Positions 1 to 13,340 of a stretch of 64,000 nucleotides of DNA are shown here, one piece after another. A program made the position numbers and the translations under genes. Source of the DNA: Vicugna vicugna. Its lineage: Eukaryota. The notes below the pieces were generated by a model that was not told the origin of the DNA, did no database searches, and worked only from the letters and a program-made list of their open reading frames with translations. How positions within the stretch are numbered: position 1 is the stretch's first letter; the number at the start of each line of letters is the position of its first letter. The stretch is from assembly GCA_013265495.1 (NCBI GenBank), contig MU057989.1:945513-1009512 (forward strand). The letters are read 5' to 3'.

Positions 1-470
1 GCAGCGTTATTCATAACAGTTTAACGTGGAAACAACTCAAATGTGCATAGGCTAGTGGACGGATAAACATAATGTGGTCTAACCACACAGTGGAATATTA
101 CTCAGCCATAAAAGGGACAAAGCACTGCCACAGACTATAACATGGAAGAACCTTGAAAACATGATGCTCAGCGAAAGAAGCCAGATACAAAGGGTCACAT
201 ATTGTGTTATTCCTTATATGAAATGTCCAGAACAGGCAAATCCACAGAGACAGAAAGCAGATTAGTGATTGTTTAGAGCTGGGATTGGGGAACTGGAGGA
301 TTAGGGAAATGAGGATTATTGGGTGTAGGGTTTCTTTTTGGGGTGGTGAAAATATCCTAAAGATGATTATGGTGATGGATACACAACTCTGAGAATATAC
401 TAAAAGCCACTGAATTGCACACATAAATAGTATGGCGTGTAAATGATATCTCAATAAAGCTGTTAAAAGG
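1..470 (+). mobile_element. Old LINE-1 3' end fragment (L1M-type)
   Basis: ggaatattactcagccataaaa, aaccttgaaaacatgatgct, tatctcaataaagctgtt hallmarks. Confidence 0.8.
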
Positions 471-682
471 AAAAGGATTTTGGTAGTTCCAAGTCTCTTG
501 CCAGCCTGTGTGGGGGCATCTCCTGTAATCCCTCCAGCCACTCCTGGGTCTGTGAAATGACTGATCTGAGCCAGGCGGGGTGAACAATAAAGGACTTTCT
601 TATTATAATAAGTGCATGAAATAAAGGGGTACAGACTCCACCCTGAGGAACCCATAGAATGTGAGGAATAGAAAAGAAAATG

Positions 683-832
683 AAGGGAGAGGAGATAGCT
701 CAGTGGTAGAGCACATGCCTAGAATGCATGAGGTCCTGGGTTCAATCCCCAGTACCTCCATTAAAATAAGTAAATAAATAAACAAACCTAATTATCTCCC
801 TCCCAAAAAACACACACACAAGCAAAAACCAA
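683..832 (+). mobile_element. tRNA-Ala-derived SINE (camelid Vic-1-like)
   Basis: ATAGCTCAGTGGTAGAGCAC...GGTCCTGGGTTCAATCCCCAGTACCTCC with A-rich tail; near-identical flanks aatagaa(a/g)agaaaatg. Confidence 0.85.
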
Positions 833-3531
833 AATAGAAGAGAAAATGGCACCTGAAAGTTCAGAGCTAACAAGAATCTGTATGTAATGAATGGGTGCAG
901 TGATCTGCAGTAACGAAAGAGAACGCTGGCCTGGCCTGCGAGGCTCTGTCCTGGGGGCTGCATCTTCCCTGGAGCCCTCTAGGTTCCCGTGTTCCCTGTG
1001 TACTTATTCCAGCATCACTGCAAGTCCCCCTCTCTGTCTCGTGGATAAGCTGGGTATATTCCCCAGGAGGCTCGAAGCTCCTTTAGGACCAAGATCTCTC
1101 ATTTATTTATCTTTTAATACTTGGTGTCTCTAAAACAGTAACTTATATACAGTAGGCACACAATAAATATTTGCTTTAAAAAAAAAGTGAGGTGGGTACT
1201 TCTACTTCCAGTAACCATGGTCTAGGTAATGGGTACCAATCTACCCAATAGAAACAACCAAAAGGGCTGCACAAAGTGTAGAAAACAGCAAAGAGCAAGC
1301 AAGAGCATGAGAACTACCGGGCCAACCCTCAGGAAGCCCAGAGATCTGCAGAGGCAAGCTCGGCACCATGGCTGCTCTCGTCCAGGGGCTGTTTGCTGAT
1401 CTGTAGAGACGGCCAAGAAGCTGAGCTGTGTGTTTTCCAATCTCATGGGGCTAGGAGGGGAAAGCCAGAATCCAGGCCTGCCGTCTGTGCAGACCCTGCA
1501 CAAACACCCCTGGTTTGGGTTGGTTTCAAAGAGCAGCATGTTAGGAGAGTGACCTGGAAGCAGTGCAGGTGCGGCATGACTGGAGCCCAATGGCAAGTCA
1601 CTGGGCGGCCCAGACAATACCCAGCCCTGGAGTAGGATTAAGGTGGTCCCATACTGCTAATGTCCCCAGGTTCCCAGCAAAAGAAAAAGAAAGCCTATTT
1701 GGAGTAAGAGAGCATCATCCCAGCCCTGGATTACCCTACAAATAATTTTTCAAACACAAAGTCCAGCTCATAGATAACCAGCCTCAAGAGGTGACTTGAT
1801 AGTAAGAACAAGAACCAGCAGGAACAACTGGCCATGGATACAGCTCCACAGGCTCCTGGATATTAGAATCAGACACAGACTATAAACACAGCTCTGCTTG
1901 CTGTATTTAAGAAGATAAATACCAGGCTTGAAAATGTTGGCAGCCAAGCGGAGATTGTATTTTAAACATCTATGAGAAGTTCTGAAAAAGAATCAAATAG
2001 GAATTTTAGAAATAAAAGAATATATCATGAGCAGAATTCAAAAGTCAATGGGAGGATTTAACAAAAAATTAGACACAGTTAAAGAGGGAGTTAGCAGAAT
2101 GTGTGCTGTGTGCGATTACTATAAGAACTTGTGAAGGATGTCTCATTTCCTCCCCAAAGTGAACTTCTTTTAATAGTGTGTTTTCATCTTACTTTGTTAT
2201 GGTCTAAACATTTTGTTCTTAAAAAAGTCGTAAGTGTGTGTATGTGACAGTTGTTTTTGAACATGGAACTTTTTTAAAAAGGAAAATACGTTTACATGAA
2301 GAGAAATTAATGCTTAAAATGATTTGCATTGGCAGAAGCCTAAGGAGACAAAAAAATCTATGCTAGATACTAACTACTATACATAAAATAGACAAACAGT
2401 AGGTCCTACTGTACAGCACAGGGAACTATATTCAACACCTTGTAATAGCCTACCATGAAAAGGATTATATAAATATATCTCTGAATCACTACCCTGTACA
2501 CCAGAAATTAATACAACATTGTAAACGGACTATGCTTCAATTAAAAAAATAAAACTATGTAACAGTCCTGGTTAATATAGCCTCTAATCTCTCAGTACAA
2601 GTTAGTATCATTTGTGTAGTACAGATAGTATAAAGCCTCGGTCCACTCTAGTGCCACTGGGCACTGAGCAGTGATCTCCTTGCCTCTCTCTGGAGAGCAC
2701 TGAACTGGGGTTTTTGCAGGTCACAACACACAGACCGTGAGGAGACTCAACCTCATGGCTGGACGAAGGAAATATTGCTAGCAGAGGTCACCGATGCCCC
2801 AGTTGCGAGTCAGTGGTGGCTGAAGGAGAAAACTGAGTGATTCAGCTGAGGTCATATGTGCCTGCCTGCCTGTTGCCCCACCTTCCTCCCCATTGACTTG
2901 CTCCCTGCTTAGGTGAAGGGGCAAGTGTGTGTATGTGATCAGTGACCTCTCTCAGCACATACTGAGTTATTTTTAATAGTCCAAATTTGCCTTTAATATG
3001 GGAATACATACTGAATTTGAGTTCTTATGATTAACCTTGAGTTCATACTCAGAATAAAACCATCTAGAGTGAAGTAGGAAGAGACAAAAGGAAAGAAAAT
3101 ACAGTAGAATAGCTAAGACATCCACTATATGGGAAAATATCTAACATAAGTTTTATTGGGGTTTTAGGAAGAGAGGAGAGAAAGAATGAAGCATTATTTG
3201 AATAAAATAAGCTGGTAGTTTTCCAAAATTGATCTACACATCAATCTAGAAATTCAAGGAGCCAAATAAATTTCAAGCAGGATAAATAAAAAGAAATTCA
3301 TTCCTAGTACAGAAACCCCCCAAAAAAGAATTTTAAAAGTAGCCAAAGAAAAACAAAAGTTGACCTTCAAAAGTGCAAGTTTTGCTGACTTTTCAGCAGC
3401 AGCAAGAAAAAGCAGAAGTGGTAGAATTATATTGTCAATGTGTTGGAAGGAAAACTAAACAACACAATAACAGCAGAACAGGCAACCCAGACTTCTACCT
3501 GCTGAAAAAGCCCTTCGAAAGGAATTCTAGG

Positions 3532-3670
3532 AGGGGAGAGTATAGCTCAAGTGGTAGAGTGCACACTTAGCATGCATGAGATCCTGGGTTCAATCCCCAG
3601 TAACTCCTGCAAATATAAATAAAGAAATAAGCCTAATTATCTCCCCATTATAAAATAAACAAAACAAACA
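3532..3670 (+). mobile_element. Vic-1-like SINE
   Basis: Same tRNA-like head with A and B boxes; flanks aagga(a/g)ttctagg. Confidence 0.85.
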
Positions 3671-4842
3671 AAGGAGTTCTAGGGTATTCCACAGGAAGAA
3701 GAAAAAATTGTCCCAGAGAGGAGGTTGGTGATAGAAGAAAGAATAAAATGTCAATGCAAGGGTAAGTCCATATGAACTTTGACTTTATAAAACAATGTCT
3801 TGTTGGGCTTATGATGTAGAGAGAATGAAAATTCAAAACAATAAAAGCATTTAAGATAGGAGAAACATAAAATGTTATAAATGTCTTGATTTTTCCAGGA
3901 GAGAAGTAAAGGTAATCATTCCTATTTGGTGATACGTTGAGGTTGTGTATTGTAATTTCAAAAATAGTCACTAAAAAGAATGGTAAAACTCTGAATAAAT
4001 ATCAAACCAACAAGGGAATGAATGAAATCTTAAAAACTTAACCAAACTAAACCGAGGCAAAAAAGAGATAAAGGAACATAGAACAGGTGAGATGAGCAGA
4101 AAGCCCGTCCATAGTAAGATTGATCATTGCATTAAAGGTAAGAGGGTCAACTACTCCAGCTAAAAGACAAAGATTATCACACTGGGTAGAAACAAAATCT
4201 TGTACATGAAGTACAAGAGACACATCTGAAACAGAAGGATCAAGACAAACTGGAAAGAAATGATGAAAAAGCATATACCACTAAAATACTATGAGGATGA
4301 CTGGGGTCACAATCCTAATATAGCAAATATACTTTAAGGCAAAAAGCATCACTGGAATTAAAGAGGGTCACTCTATAACAATAAAAGAGTCTTCTAAATT
4401 TGTATCAGCCTAATAACATGTTATAGAGAGTAAAAGTAGGCAGAATTATAGGGAGAAACAGACAAGTCCAAGTTCATAATGAGATATTATGATAGGATTT
4501 TTCAATAATTAATAGAACAAGCTGACAAGAAATCAATAACATTGTAGAAGATTTGAAACAACACAATTAACAAACTTGACTTTATGGACACATGTAGAAC
4601 AGTGCACCCAACAACTGCAGAATTATTATTTTCAAGAAGACATAGCCTAGTTAAAAATTTGACTATATGCTGAGCCAAAATGTACATTCCAACAAATTTC
4701 AAAGGATTGAAATAAAACAGATAATATCCTCTAACCACACTGTAAATAGGTTAAGAACCAATAACAAAATATAACTGGAAAACCTCTGTGTCTTTGAAAA
4801 CTACACTTTTGAGTAATATGCTTCCAAAATGCACTTTTAAAT

Positions 4843-4973
4843 CAATTAATTTATTTCTTTTGGGAGGAGGAGGTAATTATTTATTTTTAGAGGAGGTTTT
4901 GGGGATTGAACCCAGGACCTCATGCATGCTAAGCATGTGCTCTAGCGCTTGCGCCATATCTTCCTCCAATCAC
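4843..4973 (-). mobile_element. Vic-1-like SINE
   Basis: Reverse-complement SINE head; 15-bp target-site duplication aatgcacttttaaat at 4828-4842 and 4974-4988. Confidence 0.85.
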
Positions 4974-5616
4974 AATGCACTTTTAAATGATGTGTGGTCT
5001 CTGAAGGACTAAAAATGGAAATTGGAAATTATTTTGAACTACATTATATACAATGAAAAAAAACCAACACAACAGAATTTGTGAAATAAAGATAAAGCAG
5101 GGCTTGGAGGGAAATTCATAGCCTTAATTGCATATTTGAGGGAAGAAAGGTTGAAGCATAATGAGCTAAGTATTCATTTCAAGAGGTTAGAAAAAGAAAG
5201 GTAAAATCAATTCCACGTAAGTAGATGAGAGGAAATAATTTAAAAGTATAAATAAATGTAAAAGAAAACACACAACAAAGACAAGCAACAAAGCTGAAAT
5301 TGAAAAGACTAACAAAACAGATAACCCCCCACTGGAAGTGACTACAGAGAAAAGAAAAGGCACAGACGGCAGGTGTAAGAAGTGAAAAACAGACTTCTGT
5401 GCAAAAATATGAGGCTATTATGAATAACTTTATGCCAACTTGAAAATTTAGGTGAAACAGACAGAGTCGCAGAAAAATACAACCTAACTGACACAAAAAG
5501 AAATAGAAAATCTTGATCTTATAACAAGGAAAGAAATTAAATCTGTGATTTTAAAACATCTGAAGATGAAAGTTCAAGACCCAAATGTCTTCACTGGGGA
5601 ATCTTACCAAATACCG

Positions 5617-5647
5617 AAGAGAAAGAAAGAAAGATGAAAGAAAGATA

Positions 5648-5710
<63 letters not shown>

Positions 5711-5741
5711 GAAGGAAGGAAGGAAGGAAGGAAGGAAGGAA

Positions 5742-5775
<34 letters not shown>

Positions 5776-5778
5776 AAA
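5617..5778 (+). repeat. Compound (GAAA)n(GGAA)n(GAAA)n microsatellite
   Basis: Directly visible tandem tetranucleotide array. Confidence 0.95.
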
Positions 5779-5873
5779 GCTTATCTGTATGTCTTCAGAA
5801 AGTGGAAAAAGATTCAACAACTAATTTGGGGAGACCAGCATAACTTTTATACTAACACACAACAAGAACGGTA

Positions 5874-6693
5874 CAGTAGTTTCCCCTTATCTGTGGGAGA
5901 TAATGTTCCAAGATCCCCAGTGGATGCCTGAAACCAGGAAGAGGGCCGAACCCTACATATACTAGGTTCTTCCTATACGTACACACCTAGGATAAAGTCT
6001 GATTTGTAAGTTATGCACAGTAAGGGATTAACAACAATAACCGATAAAAAATAGAATAATTATAACAGTATACTATAATAAAAGTTATGTGAATGAGGTC
6101 TTTCTCTCTCTCTCTCAAAACATCTTGAACAAATTTAATGCCTCTTCCATCTTAACTAAGCACTTATCATGCACGGAGGCTGTAACTTTTGCAGTTTGAG
6201 GTGCGACAGCAAAACTAGAACAAATTTCCTTTTCCTTCGTTCTTACAATAGATCGTAGCAACCTCAGTGCACATTTTTTTCCTTTTCTTACTAGTTGAGA
6301 ACGTTCACCTTTTCCCTTAAGGGAAGAACTTTACGGCTTCTCTTTGGTGCTATCTGAATTGCCAGCATCACTCCTCTTACGCTTTGGGGCTATTACTACG
6401 TAAAATAAGGGTCACTTGGACACAAGCACTGCGATACCTCGGTAGAGGATCTGATAAACTGAGTCGCTACTAAGTGACTAATGGGCAGATCTGCTGGACA
6501 AAGGGATGATTCATGTCTCAGGTGCTACAAAAAGGACGGCTCGAGATTTCATCACACTACTCAGAATGGCTTGCAATTTAAAACTTATGAATTGTTTATT
6601 TCTGGAATTTTCCATTTAATATTTTCAGACCGTGGTTGACAAAGGGTAACTGAAACATTGGACAGTGAAACTGCAGCTACAGGCAGACTGCTG
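5874..6693 (+). mobile_element. Tigger7/MER44-type DNA transposon derivative
   Basis: Starts CAGTAGTTTCCCCTTATCTGTGGG, ends ...GGCAGACTGCTG; degenerate terminal inverted repeats, TA on both sides (5872-73, 6694-95). Confidence 0.75.
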
Positions 6694-7313
6694 TACTAGA
6701 AAGAGAAGACACAGGCCAGTTTCACTCATGAGCATAAGTACAAAAACCCTAAATAAAACAACCCAAATCAAGCAATATATAACAGGATAATATATCACGA
6801 TCAAACTGCATTTCCCTAGGAATGCACGTTGATTTGACATTAGGAAATTAATTAACAGAATTCACCATATTAATAGATCAAAAGAGAAAATTCATCATCT
6901 CAAGTCTTGCAGGAAAAAGTGATAAAACCGGATATCTATATACAATAAAAACTCAAAGGGAAGAATGAAATTTCCTGTATCTGATAAAGGACATCAATTA
7001 AAAAAGCTATCACACTTGGTAAAAAGTTCAAAGCCTTCTGGCTGAGATTGTGTATAAGATAAAGAAACTCACTACCACCATTTCTGTTCAGCATTTGCTG
7101 GAGGCTTTAGCCAGTACAGCAGGCAAGAAAAAGATACAAAAGTTATAAGGGTTGAAAAGGGGAAAAAAAAAAACCTAAAACAATTATTGTTCTCAGCTAA
7201 GGATTCTATATGAAGAAAATCTAAAAGACTCTGCTGATAAATATTAGAATTAATAATAGATTTTAGCAAGGTTGCTAGATAGAGTCAATATACAAAAATC
7301 AAGAACATTCCAG

Positions 7314-7436
7314 TGGGGGAGGATATAGCTCAAGTGGTAGAGCATGTGCTTAGCATGCATAAGGTTCTAGGTTCAATCCCCAGTACCTCCTCTAAAAATA
7401 AATAAATAAACCTAATTACCCGCCAGATTTTTTTTT
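7314..7436 (+). mobile_element. Vic-1-like SINE
   Basis: GGGGGAGGATATAGCTCAAGTGGTAGAGCATGTGCTTAGCATGC...GTTCAATCCCCAGTACCTCC. Confidence 0.85.
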
Positions 7437-8944
7437 AAAAGAGTGCTCCAGAAGTAAATATAAAAATAAATGTAAAAGATACCATCTATAATAGCTTAAA
7501 AATATCTATGTCTAAAGATAAAACCGAAAAAAGATATGCACAGACTTCTAAATATAAAACAAAAAAATACGGCAAGAAATTTTAAAAGACCTAAATAAGT
7601 ACATTTACGGATAAAAAGACTCAATAATGTTAAGTACATCAACTCAAACTGATCTATAGATCCAATGGAATCCTAACCAAAATCTCAAAGGTTTTTTAAA
7701 AATAGAACTTGACAAACTGAGATGGGAACACTTCAAAAGTCTACCAACAGTCGAATGGATAAATAACCTGTGGTCTGTCTAAAGGACGGAATGAAAATGA
7801 ATGAACAAGGTACAAGAACAGGAACGACTCTGAAGAAGAAACCACACACGCACACACACGACGCCATAAGATTTAGGAATGCATATTTTGGTGGGAAATT
7901 ATAGGTAAACACCAGGAAATTATTAAATAAAAATTAGGATGGGAGTGGAGAAGACTAGTGACAGAAAGGGCACATAGTGGGTTCTGGAGTGCTGCCAGCT
8001 TTCTATTTTCTTGACTTGGGCAGTCAGTGTACAAACATCTACTCTATGATCAACCATCAGGTAATACATTAAAAAAAATTTGTTTTGTGCACTCTTCTGT
8101 ATGAGTGTCACTTTTCACAATGATTTCTGAAAGCTACGGAATATTTGTTTTCCACAATTCAGAGTCAGGATGTCTTAAGTCTCCATCAGGAAAATGAAAG
8201 CGAATATAAAATCAACAGTTGTTTAATGAACTGTGACATGACAAAGGCTATAAGATAGTGGTCTGGACTAAGTCTAGGACTGCTGAAGGCCAAGAATTTG
8301 CCGTTGTTTATTCAGCACTAACAATGGCAGAGGGACACGGTGACTGGCAGATGATCACCAGCCAGGAACAGGGATGGCTCCAGGACTCCCCTCAGCCTGG
8401 ACAAAACAAACACAGCATTACCCAGCTCCCTGCGCTCTGCCTCTGGGTGTGCTAAGAAGGCTTCGCATGACTAATTTGGTATCTTGAGTATTTAGAGATC
8501 AAGACAGAGAGTGGGCTGAATAAAAGGCATGAATATTCAGATTTCAGGGAAGGTACACTTCCATTATAAATTAGTAAAATGACACTCTGATCTAATTGTT
8601 TAGTCTCTATGGGCTTGTATAGTGTGATGCGGTTTCCTAGGAAATTAACACCATTGGGTAATCTGATAAAATTGAGTTCTTGAATCTGTACAGCAGAAGC
8701 TCAGATCTTGGTCCCTGCTCTACCCATCAAATGTACATACTAAGTGACCCAGGTGGAACTCTTAGCCAGCATATCTTATCTCATCTCATTGACACTGGCT
8801 GATTAGTACATAGGGCACACCTGGGAATCGAGCCCTATCTGGAGAGGATCTCAGACTTGGAAATAATCTCTGTGGAGAGGATTTCCCCAATGCTTACATT
8901 TTACTTAAGGAGGAAGTAGGACTCTGTAATAAAGACATTATTTT

Positions 8945-10650
8945 AAAAAATCTATAGATCAATATCCCTCAATGAACACAAAAGTCCTCAACAGAATGAG
9001 AGTAAATAAAATCTAGCAATATATTCAAAGGATCATGATGGCCATGTGAGGTTTATCCCAGGAATATAAGGTTAGGTCAACATTTGAAAATCAATCAGTG
9101 TAATCCACCACAATAGAATAAAAGAGAAAAATCATTTGATAATCTCAATAAACACAGAGAAAGCATTTGACAAAATTCATCATCCATTCATGAGAAAAAC
9201 TCTCAGCAAACTAAGAATAGAAGGGCATCTCTGAAAAACCTACAATGGACATCAAACTCAGTCTTGAATCCTTCCCGCCTATAACTGGGAGGAGGACGAG
9301 GGTGTTCACTTTCACTGCTTCTAGTCAGCATGGTACTGGAGGTCCTCGCCACTACAATAAGGCATGAAGAAGAAAAATCCAGACTTGAACAGACACTTTG
9401 CAAAAGAAGCAATATGAATAGATAATATGGCCATTTGCAGCAACATGGATGGACCTGGAGGTCGTCATACTAAGTGAAGTAAGCCAAAAAGAGAAAGAAA
9501 AATACCATATAATATCACTTATATGTGGAATCTAAAAAAAAAAAAGACATAAATGAACTTATTTACAAAACAGAGACAGACTCACATACATAGAAAACAA
9601 ACTTATGGTTACTGGAGGGAAAGGAGGTAGGGAGGGATAAATTGGGAGTTCTGGATTTGTAGATACTAACTACTATATATAAAATAGATAAACAGCAGCA
9701 AGGTCCTACTGTGTAGCCCTGGGAACTATAGTCAATACCTTGTAATGGCTTATAATGAAAAAGAATATGAAAGGAATATATAGATATATACACACATAGA
9801 AATGAATCACTACACTGTACACCAGAAATTAACACAACATTGTAAACTGACTATACTTCAATTAAATAAATAGACAATATGCATATAAAAAGATGCTTAA
9901 GTTCATTAGTAATTAGGGCTAGGGAAAATGCAAATTAAAACTACAACGAGTACCTCTACACACTTACTAGAATGACCGAAGTTTTTTTTTAAATTACAAT
10001 ACCAAGGGTTGATTAAGCTGTGGAGCAACTGGAGCTCTCCAACACCACTGGGAGGAATGTAAAATGGATGGTATAACCACTTCGGAAAACAGTTTCATAG
10101 TTTCTTACAATATTAGGCATACACCTACCCATGACCAGTAGTTCCACTACTAGGTGTTTACCCAAGAGAAATGAACACATAATTCCACAGAAAGATTTGT
10201 ACACAAATGTTCACAGCAGCATGATTCATAATAACTAAAAAGTAGAAACAGCCCAAAGGCCCATCAGCTGATGAGTGGATAAACATATTGTAGCAGATTT
10301 CTACTCAGCAATCAAAAGGAAAGAACAGCTGATACACAAAAACCTGGTTGGATCTCAGAGATGTTACGTTGAGCAAAAGAAAATGGTTCTAGAATGGTTG
10401 AGCAAAAGAAATGCTTCTAGTTATACAAAGTTCTAGAACAGGCAATAGAATCAGATCTGTAGTTGCCTGGAGCAGGGGTTGGGGAATTGACTATAAAGGA
10501 AAATGAGGGAAATTTCTGGAGGGATGAAAATATCTTGATTGTGGTGGTGGTTATGGGGATGTATACATTTATTGAAACTCATCGTACCGTAGATTTTACA
10601 TCTATGCGTTTTAATGTATATGTAAATTACACTTCTGTAAACTTGGTTAA
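8945..10650 (+). mobile_element. LINE-1 ORF2/3' end remnants including a younger artiodactyl-type L1 3' end (about 9425-9870)
   Basis: aaagcatttgacaaaattcatcatccattcatga; gccatttgcagcaacatggatggacctggag...ctgtacaccagaaattaacacaacattgtaaactgactatacttcaa. Confidence 0.75.
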
Positions 10651-12541
10651 GTGAATTACAAAGATTCCATGGGATCTGGAAACAAATGACCTGGGTTTGA
10701 GTCCCGGCTCCACAATTAAAAAGCTGTGTCACCTTGGACAAGTTACATAGCCTTTCTAAGCCTCAGTTTCCTCATCTGGAGAATGGGGATACACCTGGAA
10801 TGCAGGAGCCGAACTGCTCCTGGTTGTATCCAGGTGCTGTGTGTTTTCAAGAATGGCTCTGTGCTTACCGTGTGCCTGGCCCCATGCTGAGCAGTGTGTA
10901 CAAAAGGGCAACAGATTGGACAGGAAGAAATGTGCCTGCTGTATCCTGGGCTCTGTCCTTCCCCCTTGAACTCTGGGGGTGGCGCTGGGATGGGGGTGTA
11001 CTTGTTTGCTAGGGCTCCCAGGACAAATTACCCCAGACTCCGTTCCTTAAACAACAGAAAGATCAGATCACTTACATGTTTTGCCATTTTCTAGCTGCAT
11101 GATCTTGGATGAAGCACTTAAAGTCTCTGAACTTGACCACACTGTCCCCTCACCTAAAAGGGAATATAGTATTGTGAGCATATGGACTGGCACTCATAAC
11201 ACGGGGTCAACTAGATTAGGCCATGTCTGTGCCATGGGACAACAGACAGCTATATTTTAACAATCAGAATAATTATCTCAGAATAGAAAGTTTTAAAAGA
11301 TGATTGACTGGACCTGCATATCTTCATATAAGGAGGAAGCGCCTGGCACACCACTGAATGAACAAAGCAAATTCCAACGTAGCATCACTGGGCCTCAGCC
11401 CTCCCGCACCAGAGTCGCTGTGGATTCTCATTGGATTATTCTGGAGTGAGGCCCAGGCACAGGTATTTAAAAACAAACTAAAAGCAAACAAAGACATAAA
11501 GAAAAGATTTTTCTCATATGCAATCCAGGGCTGAGAACTACTGAGAATCACGAGGACTAACTATTTTGTCCTTACTTCATAGTGGGCGCTGTTCTAAGCC
11601 CCGTGTGTATATACACTCACTGAGTCCTCACAACCACCCCCATGTTACAGATGAGAAATTGTGGAACAGAGAGGTTAAGAAGCTTGTTTCTGATCACACA
11701 GCTAGTGGATAGCGGAGGTAGGATTCAAACCCAAGCAGAGTGGTTCCAAAAATCACACAGAATTCCATGCAGTGGGGGGAGGGAGGACAGAATTTAGGAA
11801 TTTTAAATTTAAGTCTGCTTGGGGAGGGGCCCAGGAATCTAATTATCAGCCAGGTTTGGAAACTACCCTAGAAAAGTAGTTCCCAACTCACTGACAAAAC
11901 TGCCCAGGAACACTTTCAACGTAGAGATTCCTGAATATCTTTCCTGGAGACTCTGATTCCTGGGTCTGGGGCAGGAGCCAAGAATCCATGTGTTTAGCCA
12001 GAGTCTCAGGCAGGGCTGGCATCGCGGATGTGAGGCCTGTGTGGCCACACAGGACCTGGGCTTGGTTCAAAGCTCTGCTGTCCACAGCCTGAGATTCTGC
12101 GTATTTTTTCTTGGAACGCATGTATTGTAAGTGATGGAAACGGTGAAGCACACCAGGGGCTCAGAGCCCCGGCATCCTACGAGGGGTTCTGCACCACCAG
12201 CGCCGCAGGCCCTGCTTCCCCCGCGGCTTGGCCAGGCCACCCCTACCCCTCCCTGTCCTGCCCCATGGCCACTGCCATTCTCTCCCTTTCACCCCCTAAC
12301 CGTGATTCTGCCCCTCGTTGGGTCTGTACAAAGCTGGTTACTGCTTCTCAGTCCTCACTTGCCCTGCCAGTGTCCAGGGTGATGGGAGGGTACCCCAGAG
12401 TTGGACACCAAGTGTAGGCTTTCCAGGGTAAGCTGGTTCAAAGAGGTGACATTGTGGAGGAAGGAGGTAATTTGGAGTGCAAACAGGAAGCAACTGAGGA
12501 GAATGCAGGTGGCCAGGGGAGCTGGGGCTCGCTCTTGGTGT

Positions 12542-12714
12542 AAGGCCGTGTTCTTAACCCTAGTCATACAATAGAATCATCCAGAAAAAGTGAAAAATAC
12601 TGCTGCCCAGGTCTCTCTTCCCCTCAGTTCAACTGAACTGGGTTGGAGCCCAAATAATTGTCCTTTAAGAAGCTCCCCAGTGAGTCCAATGATCCACCAA
12701 GGTTAAGGGATTGC
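12542..12714. mobile_element. MER5-type hAT (Charlie) MITE
   Basis: gtgttcttaaccc...tagaatcatccag...aagctccccagtgagtccaatgatccaccaaggttaaggga. Confidence 0.5.
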
Positions 12715-12719
12715 AAGTG

Positions 12720-13340
12720 TCTGGACGGTTTACACGGACGGATTCGGAGCAGGGGGAACCTTGTGCACTCGGACTTCGGACTTTCAGAGCCTGAAGAATT
12801 GGATGTCGGGAGGACTTTGTCACGTCCCGCCTCCCAGTCCTGCGCCTTTCTTGCCTCAGGCACTGCACACCAGAAACCCCTGCGGGACGCCCCGCAGAGG
12901 CGGCGCGAAAGCAGGGCTGGCTCTGAGATCCAGGTGTTCCTCCTGCTTTGCTTTATCCCGGGACCTGGGACTCAGGTGCCCAGGACTGCGGGCAGTGGGG
13001 CGGAGTCCTGCCGGGAGGGGCCAGCTCCGGGCGCGGCCAACGCTAGGTGGCGCCCGAGGGCCGGATCTGCGTTGCTCCCGGGAGTCCTGGGGGCGCTAGG
13101 GGAGCCTGGGGTCCTGTTGCGACGTCGGGCAGCATTGCGTCGCCCCTTGTGTGGCCCGGTTCTTCGCCTCTCTCGCAGGAGAGTCACGTGCAAGAGCTTC
13201 GCAAGCCCTAGTACTTGCCCGGGTCCCGGAGAAGATGAACTGCAGGTTACCAACCCCCACCACCCCCACGCAAGATGCGCTGCATGTTACCACCCTCCTC
13301 TGCCCCCCTCAACACACACACCCTCCGCCGCTTTACTTCT
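12720..13340. promoter_or_regulatory. CpG island / promoter-like element with no associated coding gene in the window
   Basis: High GC and dense CpG relative to flanks; GC box GGGGCGGAG near 12997-13005; GTCACGTG E-box near 13183-13190. Confidence 0.75.
13037..13056 (+). promoter_or_regulatory. CTCF-like motif
   Basis: CCAACGCTAGGTGGCGCCCG resembles the CTCF core CCRSYAGRKGGCRS. Confidence 0.55.

Larger units (their letters stand above)
1180..8130 (+). mobile_element. Degenerate, near full-length ancient LINE-1 (5' region, ORF1, ORF2 and 3' end remnants) with nested insertions
   Basis: A-rich plus strand with recognisable ORF1/ORF2 remnants (e.g. gggaaattcatagccttaattgcatat, acttgactttatggacacatgtagaacagtgcacccaacaactgcagaat); boundaries approximate. 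Confidence 0.7.

Noticed and set aside
98..655. 185-aa minus ORF
   Set aside because: Mostly the antisense strand of an L1 3' end fragment.
683..760. tRNA-Ala-like sequences (also near 3535, 4900, 7316, 15460, 16220, 36300)
   Set aside because: These are SINE heads with A-rich tails and target-site duplications, diverged from tRNA; not tRNA genes.
5585..5824. Lys/Glu/Arg-rich and Phe/Ser/Leu-rich ORFs
   Set aside because: Translation of the (GAAA)n/(GGAA)n microsatellite.
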